Shown here piece by piece: positions 1 to 9,505 of a DNA stretch of 55,667 bases. The position numbers were made by a program, and so were the translations under genes. The notes beneath the pieces are model-generated. The model was not told the DNA's origin. It saw only the letters and a program-made list of their open reading frames with translations, and did not search any database. The stretch is taken from the NCBI GenBank assembly GCA_018650165.1, contig JABIGM010000064.1:1-55667 (forward strand), given 5' to 3'. Position 1 is the stretch's first letter. Each line of letters begins with the position of its first letter. This stretch comes from Methanobacteriota archaeon. GTDB lineage: Archaea > Thermoplasmatota > Poseidoniia > Poseidoniales > Poseidoniaceae.

Positions 1-1
1 A

Positions 2-883
2 GATAATCCATATGAATCTAATTTAGAAAATGACTTAATTCAAGAGCATCCTAATGTAATTGGGACACCATCCCCTGCAACATTTACTCTTTATTCGGTA
101 AATGGAATTATATTCATCACAACATCACTTTGGCTTGCTAGTGATTTGCTTGCAAGGCATGGTGATGGTACCCACCTTTTATTGGGTAAAGGTTTGAGAA
201 TTGGCATTATTATCTTCACTCTAATTTGGGGATTCTTTGCCTGGAAAAAGTGGAAATTAATGCATAATATCATCGATACACCTACCAGTAAAGTTCGGAG
301 TGTTGCTGTTGGACCTGCTGAATTAGTCGGTCAAGTTCGGCCCGGTCCAGATGGAACCCTGAGTATCGATGTCGGAGAAAGTTCATCTCGTAGGGTACAG
401 GGTGTAGTTTCTTTCAAATGGAAAGAGGAAGAATACATTTGTACTAAAGACAGTGATGGCAAAGAATCCTGTAGTTGGAAGACTAGAAGGACAGGTGATG
501 GTAATCAAGAATTCATTCTCCACGATGGAACTGGAGGTATATTGGTTGACCCAGCATCCTGGAAGGATGTTCGTATTGGAGAAAAATTGCATCGATGGGA
601 AAATAGCAGATGGCGATGGACGGTATGGGTATTAGCTGCTGGTGATCCTGTATATTGCCTTGGAAGAGTTGAAACTCGAACCGAGGATGAAAAAGAAGAT
701 GGAATCGATGGAACGATTGCGAGTTCGCATTTAATTGTCCGTGGAAACAAGGACATTGGTATGCAAGTTCATCTTAACAGAGGCACCGAACTTTCTGTAC
801 TTTCGGGCCTTCGCTCAACCACTGAATCAATTATTGTACCATTGGTCATGCTGACCTTTAGTGCAATTCCATTCCTTTGGTAA
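2..883 (+). CDS. GIDE-domain (PF12483-like) membrane protein, 5'-truncated by window edge
   Basis: Frame is open from nt 2 (DNPYESNLEND...), so the TTG at 146 is internal. Two N-terminal hydrophobic segments, then IIDTPTSKVRSVAVGPAELVGQV and FILHDGTGGILVDP typical of GIDE proteins; C-terminal TM. Confidence 0.6.
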   Translation, partial: DNPYESNLENDLIQEHPNVIGTPSPATFTLYSVNGIIFITTSLWLASDLLARHGDGTHLLLGKGLRIGIIIFTLIWGFFAWKKWKLMHNIIDTPTSKVRSVAVGPAELVGQVRPGPDGTLSIDVGESSSRRVQGVVSFKWKEEEYICTKDSDGKESCSWKTRRTGDGNQEFILHDGTGGILVDPASWKDVRIGEKLHRWENSRWRWTVWVLAAGDPVYCLGRVETRTEDEKEDGIDGTIASSHLIVRGNKDIGMQVHLNRGTELSVLSGLRSTTESIIVPLVMLTFSAIPFLW

Positions 884-2764
884 TCAGTCTTCATCGACTA
901 CTTCGAAGTCAGCATCAACCACACCATCATCGGATGGTTCTTCGCCGGACTCTTCCTGTTCTGCCATCTCAGCAGCAGCAGCTTCGTAGAGTTTAGCAGA
1001 GATCGCATGCATACCTTCCTCGATTTCCTTAACCTTGGCCTGAACTGCGGCTTCATCGATTTCATCGAGTTCCTTAGCAACACCTTCTTCGTTTTGCAAG
1101 AGGGATTCTAATTCATCGACCATTGATAGCACAGGTGCTTTGTCATCGTCACTGAGTTTTTCTCCAGCTTCTTCGATTGTTCGGCGTGTTTGATAGACAA
1201 TTTGATCTGCCATATTACGCATTTCAACTTGAGCTTTCAAGCGCTTATCTGCTTCAGCAAATTCTTCTGCATCAGCGATTTTTGCTTTGATTTCCTCTTC
1301 GGTAAGCGAGGTACTTGATTCGATTTCAATCGACTGTTCCTTCCCAGTACCCTTATCTTTTGCAGATACGTTTACGATACCATTTGCATCTATATCAAAA
1401 GTAACTTCGATTTGAGGCATTCCTCGAGGCGCCGGTGGTATTCCCATCAAATGGAATTGACCAAGACTAACGTTGTCTTTAGCGAATTCTCTCTCGCCCT
1501 GTAATACATGAATTTCTACTGCTGGTTGATTGTCACTTGCGGTAGAGAATACTTCCGAGCGGCGGCTCGGAATTGTGGTATTACGCTCAATCATGGTAGT
1601 TGTAACGCCACCAAGGGTTTCGATACCGAGTGTTAGTGGAGTTACGTCCAATAGAAGAATATCAGATACTCCTTCATCACCTGCAATAATTCCTGCTTGT
1701 AGAGCTGCGCCCATTGCTACCGCTTCATCAGGATTTATTCCTTTGAATGGTGGTTTACCGGTTTCTTTCTCGATAGCAACCTGTACGGCTGGTACGCGAG
1801 TGGAACCACCAACCAGGATTACCTTGTCGACTTCTCCCTTTGAAATCCCAGAATCCTTCATTGCTTGTCTTGTGGGTTTCATTGTCTTCTCTATAAGTGG
1901 AGCAATTAATTCTTCAAACTTTGAGCGAGAAACCGTGATGTCAAGGTGTTCAGGTTGGCCATCCTTCATTGTAATAAATGGTAAATTTATTTGAGATTGT
2001 CCAGTGCCAGAAAGTTCAATTTTTGCCTTTTCAGCACCCTCTTTTAGACGACTCATTGCTTGAACATCCTTTGCCAAATCGATTCCTGAAGATTTCTTGT
2101 ATTCAGCAACTAAGTAATCGATTAGAACTTCATCAAAGTCGTCTCCTCCAAGGAGATTGTTACCTGCTGTAGCCTTGACTTCAATTTGAGGTTGACCATC
2201 TACATCATAGATTTCAAGAACTGATACATCGAAAGTTCCACCACCCAAATCATAGACAAGAATTGTTTGGTCCTCTTCCTTGTCAACGCCATAAGCAAGT
2301 GCTGCAGCAGTTGGTTCGTTGATAATTCTTAGAACTTCAAGACCTGCTATTCGACCTGCATCCTTAGTCGCCTTACGTTGAGCATCTGTGAAATAAGCCG
2401 GACAGGTAATTACCGCTTGCTTGACTGTAGTTCCGAGGTATGCTTCTGCATCAGCCTTTAATTTTTGAAGAATAAATGCAGACACCTCCTGGGGCGTATA
2501 GGTTGAATCATCTACTTTAGTTGACCATTCGGTACCCATGTGTCGCTTAACAGAACTGATCGTCCGTTCATGGTTTGTGACCGCCTGTCGCTTTGCAGTA
2601 ACGCCCACAAGGCGTTCTCCTCCGTCCTTGGTGAATGCCACTACCGAAGGAGTTGTTCTTGCACCTTCTGCATTAGCAATAACTACCGCTTCACCATTTT
2701 CTATCGTTGCTACACAGGAATTTGTTGTTCCCAGATCTATTCCAATTACACTACTTTTTGTCAT
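884..2764 (-). CDS. dnaK: Hsp70 chaperone DnaK
   Basis: [53 protein letters not shown]-terminal VVDADFEV. Confidence 0.98.
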   Translation of the reverse strand: MTKSSVIGIDLGTTNSCVATIENGEAVVIANAEGARTTPSVVAFTKDGGERLVGVTAKRQAVTNHERTISSVKRHMGTEWSTKVDDSTYTPQEVSAFILQKLKADAEAYLGTTVKQAVITCPAYFTDAQRKATKDAGRIAGLEVLRIINEPTAAALAYGVDKEEDQTILVYDLGGGTFDVSVLEIYDVDGQPQIEVKATAGNNLLGGDDFDEVLIDYLVAEYKKSSGIDLAKDVQAMSRLKEGAEKAKIELSGTGQSQINLPFITMKDGQPEHLDITVSRSKFEELIAPLIEKTMKPTRQAMKDSGISKGEVDKVILVGGSTRVPAVQVAIEKETGKPPFKGINPDEAVAMGAALQAGIIAGDEGVSDILLLDVTPLTLGIETLGGVTTTMIERNTTIPSRRSEVFSTASDNQPAVEIHVLQGEREFAKDNVSLGQFHLMGIPPAPRGMPQIEVTFDIDANGIVNVSAKDKGTGKEQSIEIESSTSLTEEEIKAKIADAEEFAEADKRLKAQVEMRNMADQIVYQTRRTIEEAGEKLSDDDKAPVLSMVDELESLLQNEEGVAKELDEIDEAAVQAKVKEIEEGMHAISAKLYEAAAAEMAEQEESGEEPSDDGVVDADFEVVDED

Positions 2765-2791
2765 ATTTTCACTTCCTTAGAAATTTCCGAT

Positions 2792-3493
2792 TCAGAAAAT
2801 CGGGATGCCTCCGTCGTCATCTTCATCATCATCATCTGCAAGATCGAGACTTACGCCAGATGAAACGGGGGAATAATCGTCATCGATATCATCGTCGATG
2901 TTTTTCTTTGGGGCATCGATTGCTGGCCCCTGAGGAGATAATTTTAGAGTAATATCAAGAATGCCATTATTTAGTGACCAATTTACAACATCATCACACT
3001 GGTGCGGTAACTCGATCTGTGCCAATGGAGGTTCTGTCGGGTCAGATAACACCTGAACAATTTCTCCACCACTCGATAAGGCAACTTCTATTTCTTCGAC
3101 ATGTGAATTCCTTGAAAAATCAACAGTGATAGACATATTCCATCCAGAAAGATAAATATCGTCTGCTGGTAATTTCAGAATATCATTTACAGGAGCTTCG
3201 TCTTCAACAGTAATTTCAGCAGGGGCAGCGTCAACTTTGACATCTACTCCCATATTGGAAAGCATTTCTTCAATTGGCATTCCAGACTGAAATAGTTTCA
3301 TCAAATTTGACATATCGAAATTGAAATTTACATCACCCTTGGCTAATCTTTCGGGGTCTATGCCCATCGAATCGAATTGAGAACGGAACTGACCCATCAT
3401 CTTTCTTAATTGGTCAATATCAACAGTCATTCCCATGTTGCTAAACATCTCCGCCATCTGTTTGAGCATCTTCTCTTCCCAATCTTCTGCCAT
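2792..3493 (-). CDS. Small heat-shock protein (Hsp20/alpha-crystallin family), divergent
   Basis: Met-rich N-terminus (EKMLKQMAEMF), alpha-crystallin signature NNGILDITL, acidic linker and terminal IPI (IXI) motif. Start placed at ATG 3493 behind a GGGGTGG SD-like site. Confidence 0.7.
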   Translation of the reverse strand: MAEDWEEKMLKQMAEMFSNMGMTVDIDQLRKMMGQFRSQFDSMGIDPERLAKGDVNFNFDMSNLMKLFQSGMPIEEMLSNMGVDVKVDAAPAEITVEDEAPVNDILKLPADDIYLSGWNMSITVDFSRNSHVEEIEVALSSGGEIVQVLSDPTEPPLAQIELPHQCDDVVNWSLNNGILDITLKLSPQGPAIDAPKKNIDDDIDDDYSPVSSGVSLDLADDDDEDDDGGIPIF

Positions 3494-3610
3494 AAATTCC
3501 ACCCCACTACTTAACCATCGGTTGTATAGTCGTAGCAGTAGCCCATATATGAACTAAACGCTATTTACACTTCAACAGGTTTCAAGGCAGACCGACCATT
3601 CGGAAGGTCG

Positions 3611-5200
3611 ATGGCGGAAGAGACCATTCTCGAATCTACAGAGAGAACGAGTGGCCGCGAAGCATTGCGCAAGAATGTTCAGGCTGCGATTGCGCTAGCG
3701 GGAGCCGTTCGCTCAACACTTGGTCCAAAAGGCCTTGACAAATTATTGGTTGATGATAGCGGACAAACTTTAGTCACAAATGATGGTGTTACTGTACTAG
3801 AAAGTGCAAAGGTCGAACATCCAGTTGCTAAAATGATAATCAGTGCGTCCTCCACCCAAGATAGAGTCGCTCGTGATGGGACTACCAGTACTGTGGTAAT
3901 CTGTGCTGAAATGTTACGCAATGCTTGGCAACTCGTTCGCCAGGGAATACACCCCGCTACAATTGCTCGTGGTTATGCATTGGCTGAAAGTTTCGCAATT
4001 TCTGCATTAGATGAATTATCCATCGATGCCACACGCGAACAAATCCATGCTGCAATCGAAACGTCACTAGCAGGAAAATTAGACCAATCTATGGGAAAAC
4101 ATCTTGCTAATTTAGCACTAGATGCTGGTGAAATCATTGTGAACGAGGGGAGAGCTGACCCTACAATGGTCAAAGTCATCAAACAAACCGGTGGTTCGAT
4201 GAATCAAACTGCACTGATTACTGGACTTGCACTGGCAAAAAGTAAAATTCATCCTGAAATGAATGAGCGAGGTGGTCCGGGCTCAATATTACTTCTTGAT
4301 GGCGGGATTGAAAGACGAAAAACTCAACTCGATACCAAATTGAATATAACTTCGGCTGGAATGATTGATGCATTCCGAAAATCAGAAAGTAAGTCTTTGT
4401 TATCTCAAGTGGAAAACCTCGTAGAGATCGGTTGTGATTTGCTAGTCTGTAAAGAAGGAATTGATGAGGAGGCACGACAATCTCTATCCAACAATGGAAT
4501 CCTTACCTATCGTCGTGTTGAAAAGAAAGATTTGGATTTACTTTCACGTGCTTGTGGCGCTAATCTTGTACCAGATGCAGGAAGAGCAGGAAAAGGGGAT
4601 TTGGGTGCTTTTATCAAGACAAGAGAGGAATTGCGTGGCGGAATCAATAATTGGATTCTTGATGCAGAAGATGGCGGTGCTACATTGATTGTGCGCGGCA
4701 GTACAGACGGTATTCTTGATGAAGTTGAGAGGTGCTTTGCTGATGGCCTAGGTGTAGCATGCCAACTACTAGAGGACCCTGTACTCTTACCGGGCGCAGG
4801 TGCAACCCAAGTAGCATTGGCCCGTAGATTGCGAAGACATGCCGAATCAGTACCTGGTCGAGAACAGATGGCGATTGAAGCATGGGCAGATGCGCTTGAA
4901 TCAATTCCAAGAGCGCTAGCCGGAAATGCCGGGTATGATGGCATCGACTCTTTGCTAAAATTGACAGCCGCACAAAACTCAGGTGGAGATTCAATCGGGC
5001 TAGATTTGCTAACAGGCGAGCCAAATGACACAATCAAAAGAGGAGTTCTTGAGCCCCTGAACATAACAAGACAAGCCATTTCGGGGGCAACTGAGGCTGC
5101 GATTAGTATTCTGCGAATCGATGATGTACTATGGGCTCAAATGGATGCTCAGATACCTGATGGGGTCCAAGAACAACTCCAAGGTTTCGGAGCCGAATGA
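3611..5200 (+). CDS. Group II chaperonin (thermosome) subunit, divergent
   Basis: STLGPKGLDK, VTNDGVT, HPVAKM, lid segment, AAISILRIDDV. The ATP motif reads RDGTTS instead of GDGTTT. Confidence 0.92.
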   Translation: MAEETILESTERTSGREALRKNVQAAIALAGAVRSTLGPKGLDKLLVDDSGQTLVTNDGVTVLESAKVEHPVAKMIISASSTQDRVARDGTTSTVVICAEMLRNAWQLVRQGIHPATIARGYALAESFAISALDELSIDATREQIHAAIETSLAGKLDQSMGKHLANLALDAGEIIVNEGRADPTMVKVIKQTGGSMNQTALITGLALAKSKIHPEMNERGGPGSILLLDGGIERRKTQLDTKLNITSAGMIDAFRKSESKSLLSQVENLVEIGCDLLVCKEGIDEEARQSLSNNGILTYRRVEKKDLDLLSRACGANLVPDAGRAGKGDLGAFIKTREELRGGINNWILDAEDGGATLIVRGSTDGILDEVERCFADGLGVACQLLEDPVLLPGAGATQVALARRLRRHAESVPGREQMAIEAWADALESIPRALAGNAGYDGIDSLLKLTAAQNSGGDSIGLDLLTGEPNDTIKRGVLEPLNITRQAISGATEAAISILRIDDVLWAQMDAQIPDGVQEQLQGFGAE

Positions 5201-5236
5201 GGATACGCTCAAGAACGGCCTGATGGTCGGTGAAAC

Positions 5237-6289
5237 ATGTCCGAGGTTCCAAACACCATGTTGGCTTGGACAAAGGTTCGTGATGAAGAGAATGGTTTCG
5301 AACTCGTAGAGCATTCTATTCCAACTCCTAAATTAGGTGAAGTGCTTGTAAAAACAGCTTCGACTAGCATTTGTGGAACCGATATCCACATCTGGCAATG
5401 GGATGAATGGAGTGCTGCTGAAGTTCCGCTTGGAACGGTTACTGGTCACGAAACATGTGGAACCGTGGTTGGATTAGGTCCTGATGTTGATTCACACAAA
5501 ATCGGTGACCAAGTGGCAATTGAATGCCATCTCGCATGTTGGAATTGTCCACGTTGTGATGAAGGAAACGCACATATTTGTGAAAATGGTTCGATATTTG
5601 GAGTCCATGGAAATGGAGCATTTGCTCCATACTTTACCATCCCTGCTACAAATGCCCGCCATACTCCAGAGGGGCTAGATTCAGCACATGGTTCAATACA
5701 AGACCCTCTTGGAAATGCGATTCACACCTTGACGGGAGGTCCTGTTGAAGGTGCAACAATAGCGATTCATGGATTGGGTCCTATTGGTCTATTTGCAGTC
5801 AATGCTGCTAAAGCAATGGGCGCTACTAAGGTTATTGCAATAGATTGGGATAACCGTTACAGAATGGATATTGCAAGTAATTTAGGCGCTGATATTGTTC
5901 TTGGAAAAGATGATGATATAGTTAAGGAAATTCTTGCCGCTACTGATGGGAGAGGTGTTGACAATACTTGTGAATTCTCAGGATCTCCTACTGCATTGGC
6001 AAATGCAATTCACTCTACAAGAATGGGCGGTTATCTCAACGTTCTATCGGTGTATGCAAACTCTATGCCCGAGGTACCAATGAACGATTTAGTATTCAGA
6101 TACCTACATCTCAAAGGCATCAATGGTAGAAAAATGTGGTCGACCTGGGATACGATGCATGAATTATTGGCCTCGGAAGCGATAGATGTAGATTCCATAG
6201 TTACTCACCGAATGAGTATTATGGACTTCCAAAAGGGAATGGAACTTGCTCGTAGTGGCCTTTGTGGCAAAGTAGTTCTCGACTTTTAA
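5237..6289 (+). CDS. tdh: L-threonine 3-dehydrogenase (Zn-dependent)
   Basis: [11 protein letters not shown], structural Zn CxxCxxCx7C, Tdh-typical DPLGNAIHT and [11 protein letters not shown]. Confidence 0.85.
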   Translation: MSEVPNTMLAWTKVRDEENGFELVEHSIPTPKLGEVLVKTASTSICGTDIHIWQWDEWSAAEVPLGTVTGHETCGTVVGLGPDVDSHKIGDQVAIECHLACWNCPRCDEGNAHICENGSIFGVHGNGAFAPYFTIPATNARHTPEGLDSAHGSIQDPLGNAIHTLTGGPVEGATIAIHGLGPIGLFAVNAAKAMGATKVIAIDWDNRYRMDIASNLGADIVLGKDDDIVKEILAATDGRGVDNTCEFSGSPTALANAIHSTRMGGYLNVLSVYANSMPEVPMNDLVFRYLHLKGINGRKMWSTWDTMHELLASEAIDVDSIVTHRMSIMDFQKGMELARSGLCGKVVLDF

Positions 6290-6365
6290 TAGCGAATTTG
6301 CGAAATTATCTCGCGACCCAATGTTGAAAGGGGAGACGCGATGGCCTCAAAGCCCGTTGAAGGAC

Positions 6366-7982
6366 ATGAAGTATGTCGTCGTCTCGGGGGGAGTCCTTAG
6401 TGGACTTGGAAAAGGAGTCACTGCTTCTAGCATTGGCGTTCTCCTCAAAAGTGCAGGACTGCGAGTCACTGCAGTCAAAATAGATCCTTATCTGAATAGT
6501 GATGCAGGTACAATGTCACCATTCGAGCATGGAGAAGTGTTTGTTTTGGATGATGGTGGCGAAGCAGATTTAGACCTTGGTAACTATGAACGGTTTTGTA
6601 ATCTAAATCTTTACAAAGATAATAATGTCACTACTGGAAAAATATATTCACAAGTCATAGAAGCAGAGCGTCGTGGCGATTATTTGGGTAAAACCGTACA
6701 AGTAATACCTCATATCACCGATTCTGTTCAAGATTGGATTGAGAAAATTGCTTTGGTTTCTGCAGATGGTTCAGGCGAAGAGCCTGAGGCTTGTGTCATA
6801 GAATTGGGTGGAACTGTGGGTGATATTGAAAGTGCACCATTCATCGAAGCTCTTAGGCAATTCCAATTCCGAGTTGGACGTGAAAATATCTGCTTTGTTC
6901 ATGTTTCACTTGTGCCAGTAATGGGCCCGGTTGGTGAACAGAAAACCAAGCCAACTCAGCATACTGTGAAAGAGTTACGTGGATTGGGAATTAGCCCGGA
7001 TGTATTGGTTTGTCGTGCAGAAGAGCCTCTTGCCCAAGAGACTAGAGAAAAACTTGCAGCATTCTGTCATGTGTCTCCTAATGCAGTAATGAGTGCTCAT
7101 GATGTCTCCAACATCTATCGAGTGCCTCTATTACTTCGTGATCAAGGTATTTGTGAAACTCTTGAAATCGACTGTAATGTCACAGATTTGATGGCACGAT
7201 GGGAAAAAATGGCTGACCGTGTTGACAACCTTGGTAGCGAGGTTCATATCGCAATGGTCGGGAAATATACTGGCCTGGCCGACTCTTACCTTTCCGTGAT
7301 AAAAAGCCTACAGCATGCATCGTATGCTGTGAATCGCACATTAGTAATCGATTGGATTGAAGCAAGTAATCTAGAGGATGATTCACATAGTGATTGGACA
7401 ACACTCCGCGCATCACATGGAATTCTAGTTCCGGGTGGATTTGGAGACCGTGGCATTGAGGGTAAGATTCTAGCCGCAAATTATGCAAGAACAAACCAAG
7501 TCCCATATCTTGGAATTTGTTTGGGGCTACAAGTAGCAACAATTGAATTCTGTCGAAATGTTCTGGGAATGGAGGGGGCTAATTCAACAGAATTTGATGA
7601 AAATACACCGAATCCTGCTGTTGTGTTCATGCCTGAAATTTCAAAGACACATCTTGGAGGAACTATGCGATTGGGAAGCAGACCTACAATTTTCCAAGTT
7701 GACGATTGTATGACACGCCGACTATATGGCGGTGGTTCTCAAGTGGATGAAAGGCATCGCCACCGTTACGAAGTAAATCCAGACCTTATTACTAAAATTG
7801 AAGCGGCTGGTTTGGTTTATGTCGGGAAAGATGAAACCGGTCAACGCTGTGAAATCTTTGAATTAAATGACCACCCATACTACGTCGGGGTCCAGTATCA
7901 CCCTGAATTCAAAAGTCGTCCTGAAAGCCCGAGCCCGCCATTCCTTGGATTGATAAAGGCTGCAACAGGTCAATCAATCTGA
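6366..7982 (+). CDS. pyrG: CTP synthase
   Basis: [60 protein letters not shown]. Start moved to ATG 6366. Confidence 0.98.
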   Translation: MKYVVVSGGVLSGLGKGVTASSIGVLLKSAGLRVTAVKIDPYLNSDAGTMSPFEHGEVFVLDDGGEADLDLGNYERFCNLNLYKDNNVTTGKIYSQVIEAERRGDYLGKTVQVIPHITDSVQDWIEKIALVSADGSGEEPEACVIELGGTVGDIESAPFIEALRQFQFRVGRENICFVHVSLVPVMGPVGEQKTKPTQHTVKELRGLGISPDVLVCRAEEPLAQETREKLAAFCHVSPNAVMSAHDVSNIYRVPLLLRDQGICETLEIDCNVTDLMARWEKMADRVDNLGSEVHIAMVGKYTGLADSYLSVIKSLQHASYAVNRTLVIDWIEASNLEDDSHSDWTTLRASHGILVPGGFGDRGIEGKILAANYARTNQVPYLGICLGLQVATIEFCRNVLGMEGANSTEFDENTPNPAVVFMPEISKTHLGGTMRLGSRPTIFQVDDCMTRRLYGGGSQVDERHRHRYEVNPDLITKIEAAGLVYVGKDETGQRCEIFELNDHPYYVGVQYHPEFKSRPESPSPPFLGLIKAATGQSI

Positions 7983-9077
7983 AGATACTCGTATTATTCG
8001 AGTTGTCCGATACCCTTGTAACATTTTCAAGTATTTTTTACTACGAATCTCCTCATCGAGGTTTTCGTCCCCAGTATCAATTCGAACTTCGCTCAATCCT
8101 AATAATTTAGCTGGAGTAGCAATTCCAAGAATATTATCGATGCCTATTTCGCGCAAAACACTGGGTGATAACTGAAGATTACCTCGCCCAATTAGGAAGC
8201 CCTGGCCGCCCATCGGAGAAAGTAGCAATAATTTGGAGCCTTTGTGACTTCCAATAGATTCGAGTAGACCTTGCTCATTTAGATCATATTGCATATTTCC
8301 TTTATGCTGAATATCAATCCCAAGTAAAGTAGATTCAAACCCGAGTTCCTTACACATTTGACGTAGGGTTCCGCCACTTCCCCATACAATCATCAAATCT
8401 GGGTCTTCCTCGACGAGATTTCCAATATGCAAAGCCATAGCCTCAAGAGTTTCACCTTCTGATTCTCGTTGAACTTGTTCCTTAGCACCCTGCATCCATC
8501 GTGGGCTTGCGGGAGTAAAGGCCTCACCATACATTCGTACTTTCCATTCCCCTTTCTGATAGACTTCTTCATCTAAATCCATCACTTCGGTTCTAGCAAT
8601 CATCAAATCTCCACAAATATATGACCACACTACTTCGGCAGCAGATTTAGGAGTTGTTGCAAAACAACCGCTATGCATTTTTACGCCCCCTGGGACTCCT
8701 ATAATCGGTACTTCTCTTTCACCGAGGGCTTCGACGATGTCTCTTGTTGTACCATCGCCACCCGCGTATAGAAATAAATCGGGATTATGTGTATTGATGA
8801 ACTCCGCAGTAGAATTTGCATCTGTAATTTCAGGAGTCTTTCCCGACGATGTATACTCGCCAGGAATCCAATCTCCTCCCATTCGGCCATCCCAAGCGAT
8901 GAACTCAATCGGAGTTCTTGCTAATTCAGTCAGTCTTTCAAGACATAATTTCATCCTTGGACCAGCACGGTCTTCGGCTCCGGCTGCACGTGCTTCAGCA
9001 GCACGACCATCGCTACCCTTGAACCCAAGTTTACCGCCAAGACCGGCATCGGGATTGACGATGATGGCTAGGCGCAT
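7974..9077 (-). CDS. ATP-NAD kinase family protein (COG3199-like)
   Basis: [54 protein letters not shown]. Start placed at ATG 9077. Confidence 0.8.
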   Translation of the reverse strand: MRLAIIVNPDAGLGGKLGFKGSDGRAAEARAAGAEDRAGPRMKLCLERLTELARTPIEFIAWDGRMGGDWIPGEYTSSGKTPEITDANSTAEFINTHNPDLFLYAGGDGTTRDIVEALGEREVPIIGVPGGVKMHSGCFATTPKSAAEVVWSYICGDLMIARTEVMDLDEEVYQKGEWKVRMYGEAFTPASPRWMQGAKEQVQRESEGETLEAMALHIGNLVEEDPDLMIVWGSGGTLRQMCKELGFESTLLGIDIQHKGNMQYDLNEQGLLESIGSHKGSKLLLLSPMGGQGFLIGRGNLQLSPSVLREIGIDNILGIATPAKLLGLSEVRIDTGDENLDEEIRSKKYLKMLQGYRTTRIIRVSSD

Positions 9078-9141
9078 ATATTGCTCCAGATGTTCACGAT
9101 ACATCAAACCGATTATTTATCACGACTTGCAAGGATGCAAT

Positions 9142-9405
9142 ATGGAGAAGTCCAGAGACGATTTGAGTTTCGAAGGTGCTTGGGCTAAGCAACTCAAAGA
9201 AGAGAAGGAAGAACCGGTTGCTGAAACGCAGACGGAAGTCAAAACTCATGATGCTCCTGCCTTTCGTGGCCAACGAGATATTGTGGAAAAAAGAACCGAA
9301 ATAAAGGTGACTACAAAAAAGCACCCGGCTCCAGAAAAAAAACAGGTTGAGATAGTTGCTGAACCATCCTCGAAAGAGGGTGATGATTTCGAAGTTGGAT
9401 GGTAG
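9142..9405 (+). CDS. Small acidic/charged hypothetical protein (87 aa)
   Basis: ATG 9142 opens the only non-shadow part of ORF 8737..9405. It fills the gap between the NAD kinase and thrS; E/K-rich, ends DDFEVGW. Confidence 0.6.
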   Translation: MEKSRDDLSFEGAWAKQLKEEKEEPVAETQTEVKTHDAPAFRGQRDIVEKRTEIKVTTKKHPAPEKKQVEIVAEPSSKEGDDFEVGW

Positions 9406-9450
9406 TCTGGCGTATTTGATTTTATGAATAGACCACTTTCTAGGCTTTCG

Positions 9451-9458
9451 TTTTATCA
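9451..9458 (+). promoter_or_regulatory. Candidate TATA box of thrS (TTTTATCA)
   Basis: AT-rich octamer about 48 nt upstream of the thrS ATG and 20 nt upstream of the GC hairpin. Confidence 0.35.
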
Positions 9459-9477
9459 CTAAGGTGAAGTGTAGAAG

Positions 9478-9494
9478 CGCCCCCGTAGGGGGCG
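9478..9494. repeat. GC-rich triloop hairpin CGCCCCC-GTA-GGGGGCG (family copy 1)
   Basis: Perfect 7-bp inverted repeat touching the GGAGG SD of thrS. Confidence 0.75.
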
Positions 9495-9505
9495 GAGGCA
9501 CATAC

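Noticed and set aside
2810-2900. CAT/ATC trinucleotide runs
   Set aside because: Simply encode the poly-Asp tail of Hsp20; not an independent repeat
3494-3610. CIRCE element for dnaK/chaperonin
   Set aside because: No TTAGCACTC-N9-GAGTGCTAA match
8737-9141. N-terminal 135 codons of ORF 8737..9405
   Set aside because: Antisense shadow of the NAD kinase; only the part from ATG 9142 looks coding
9478-9494. Hairpin before thrS as an E. coli-like tRNA-Thr anticodon mimic (contains CGT)
   Set aside because: The same hairpin core precedes unrelated genes, and CGT is off-centre for a 7-nt anticodon loop
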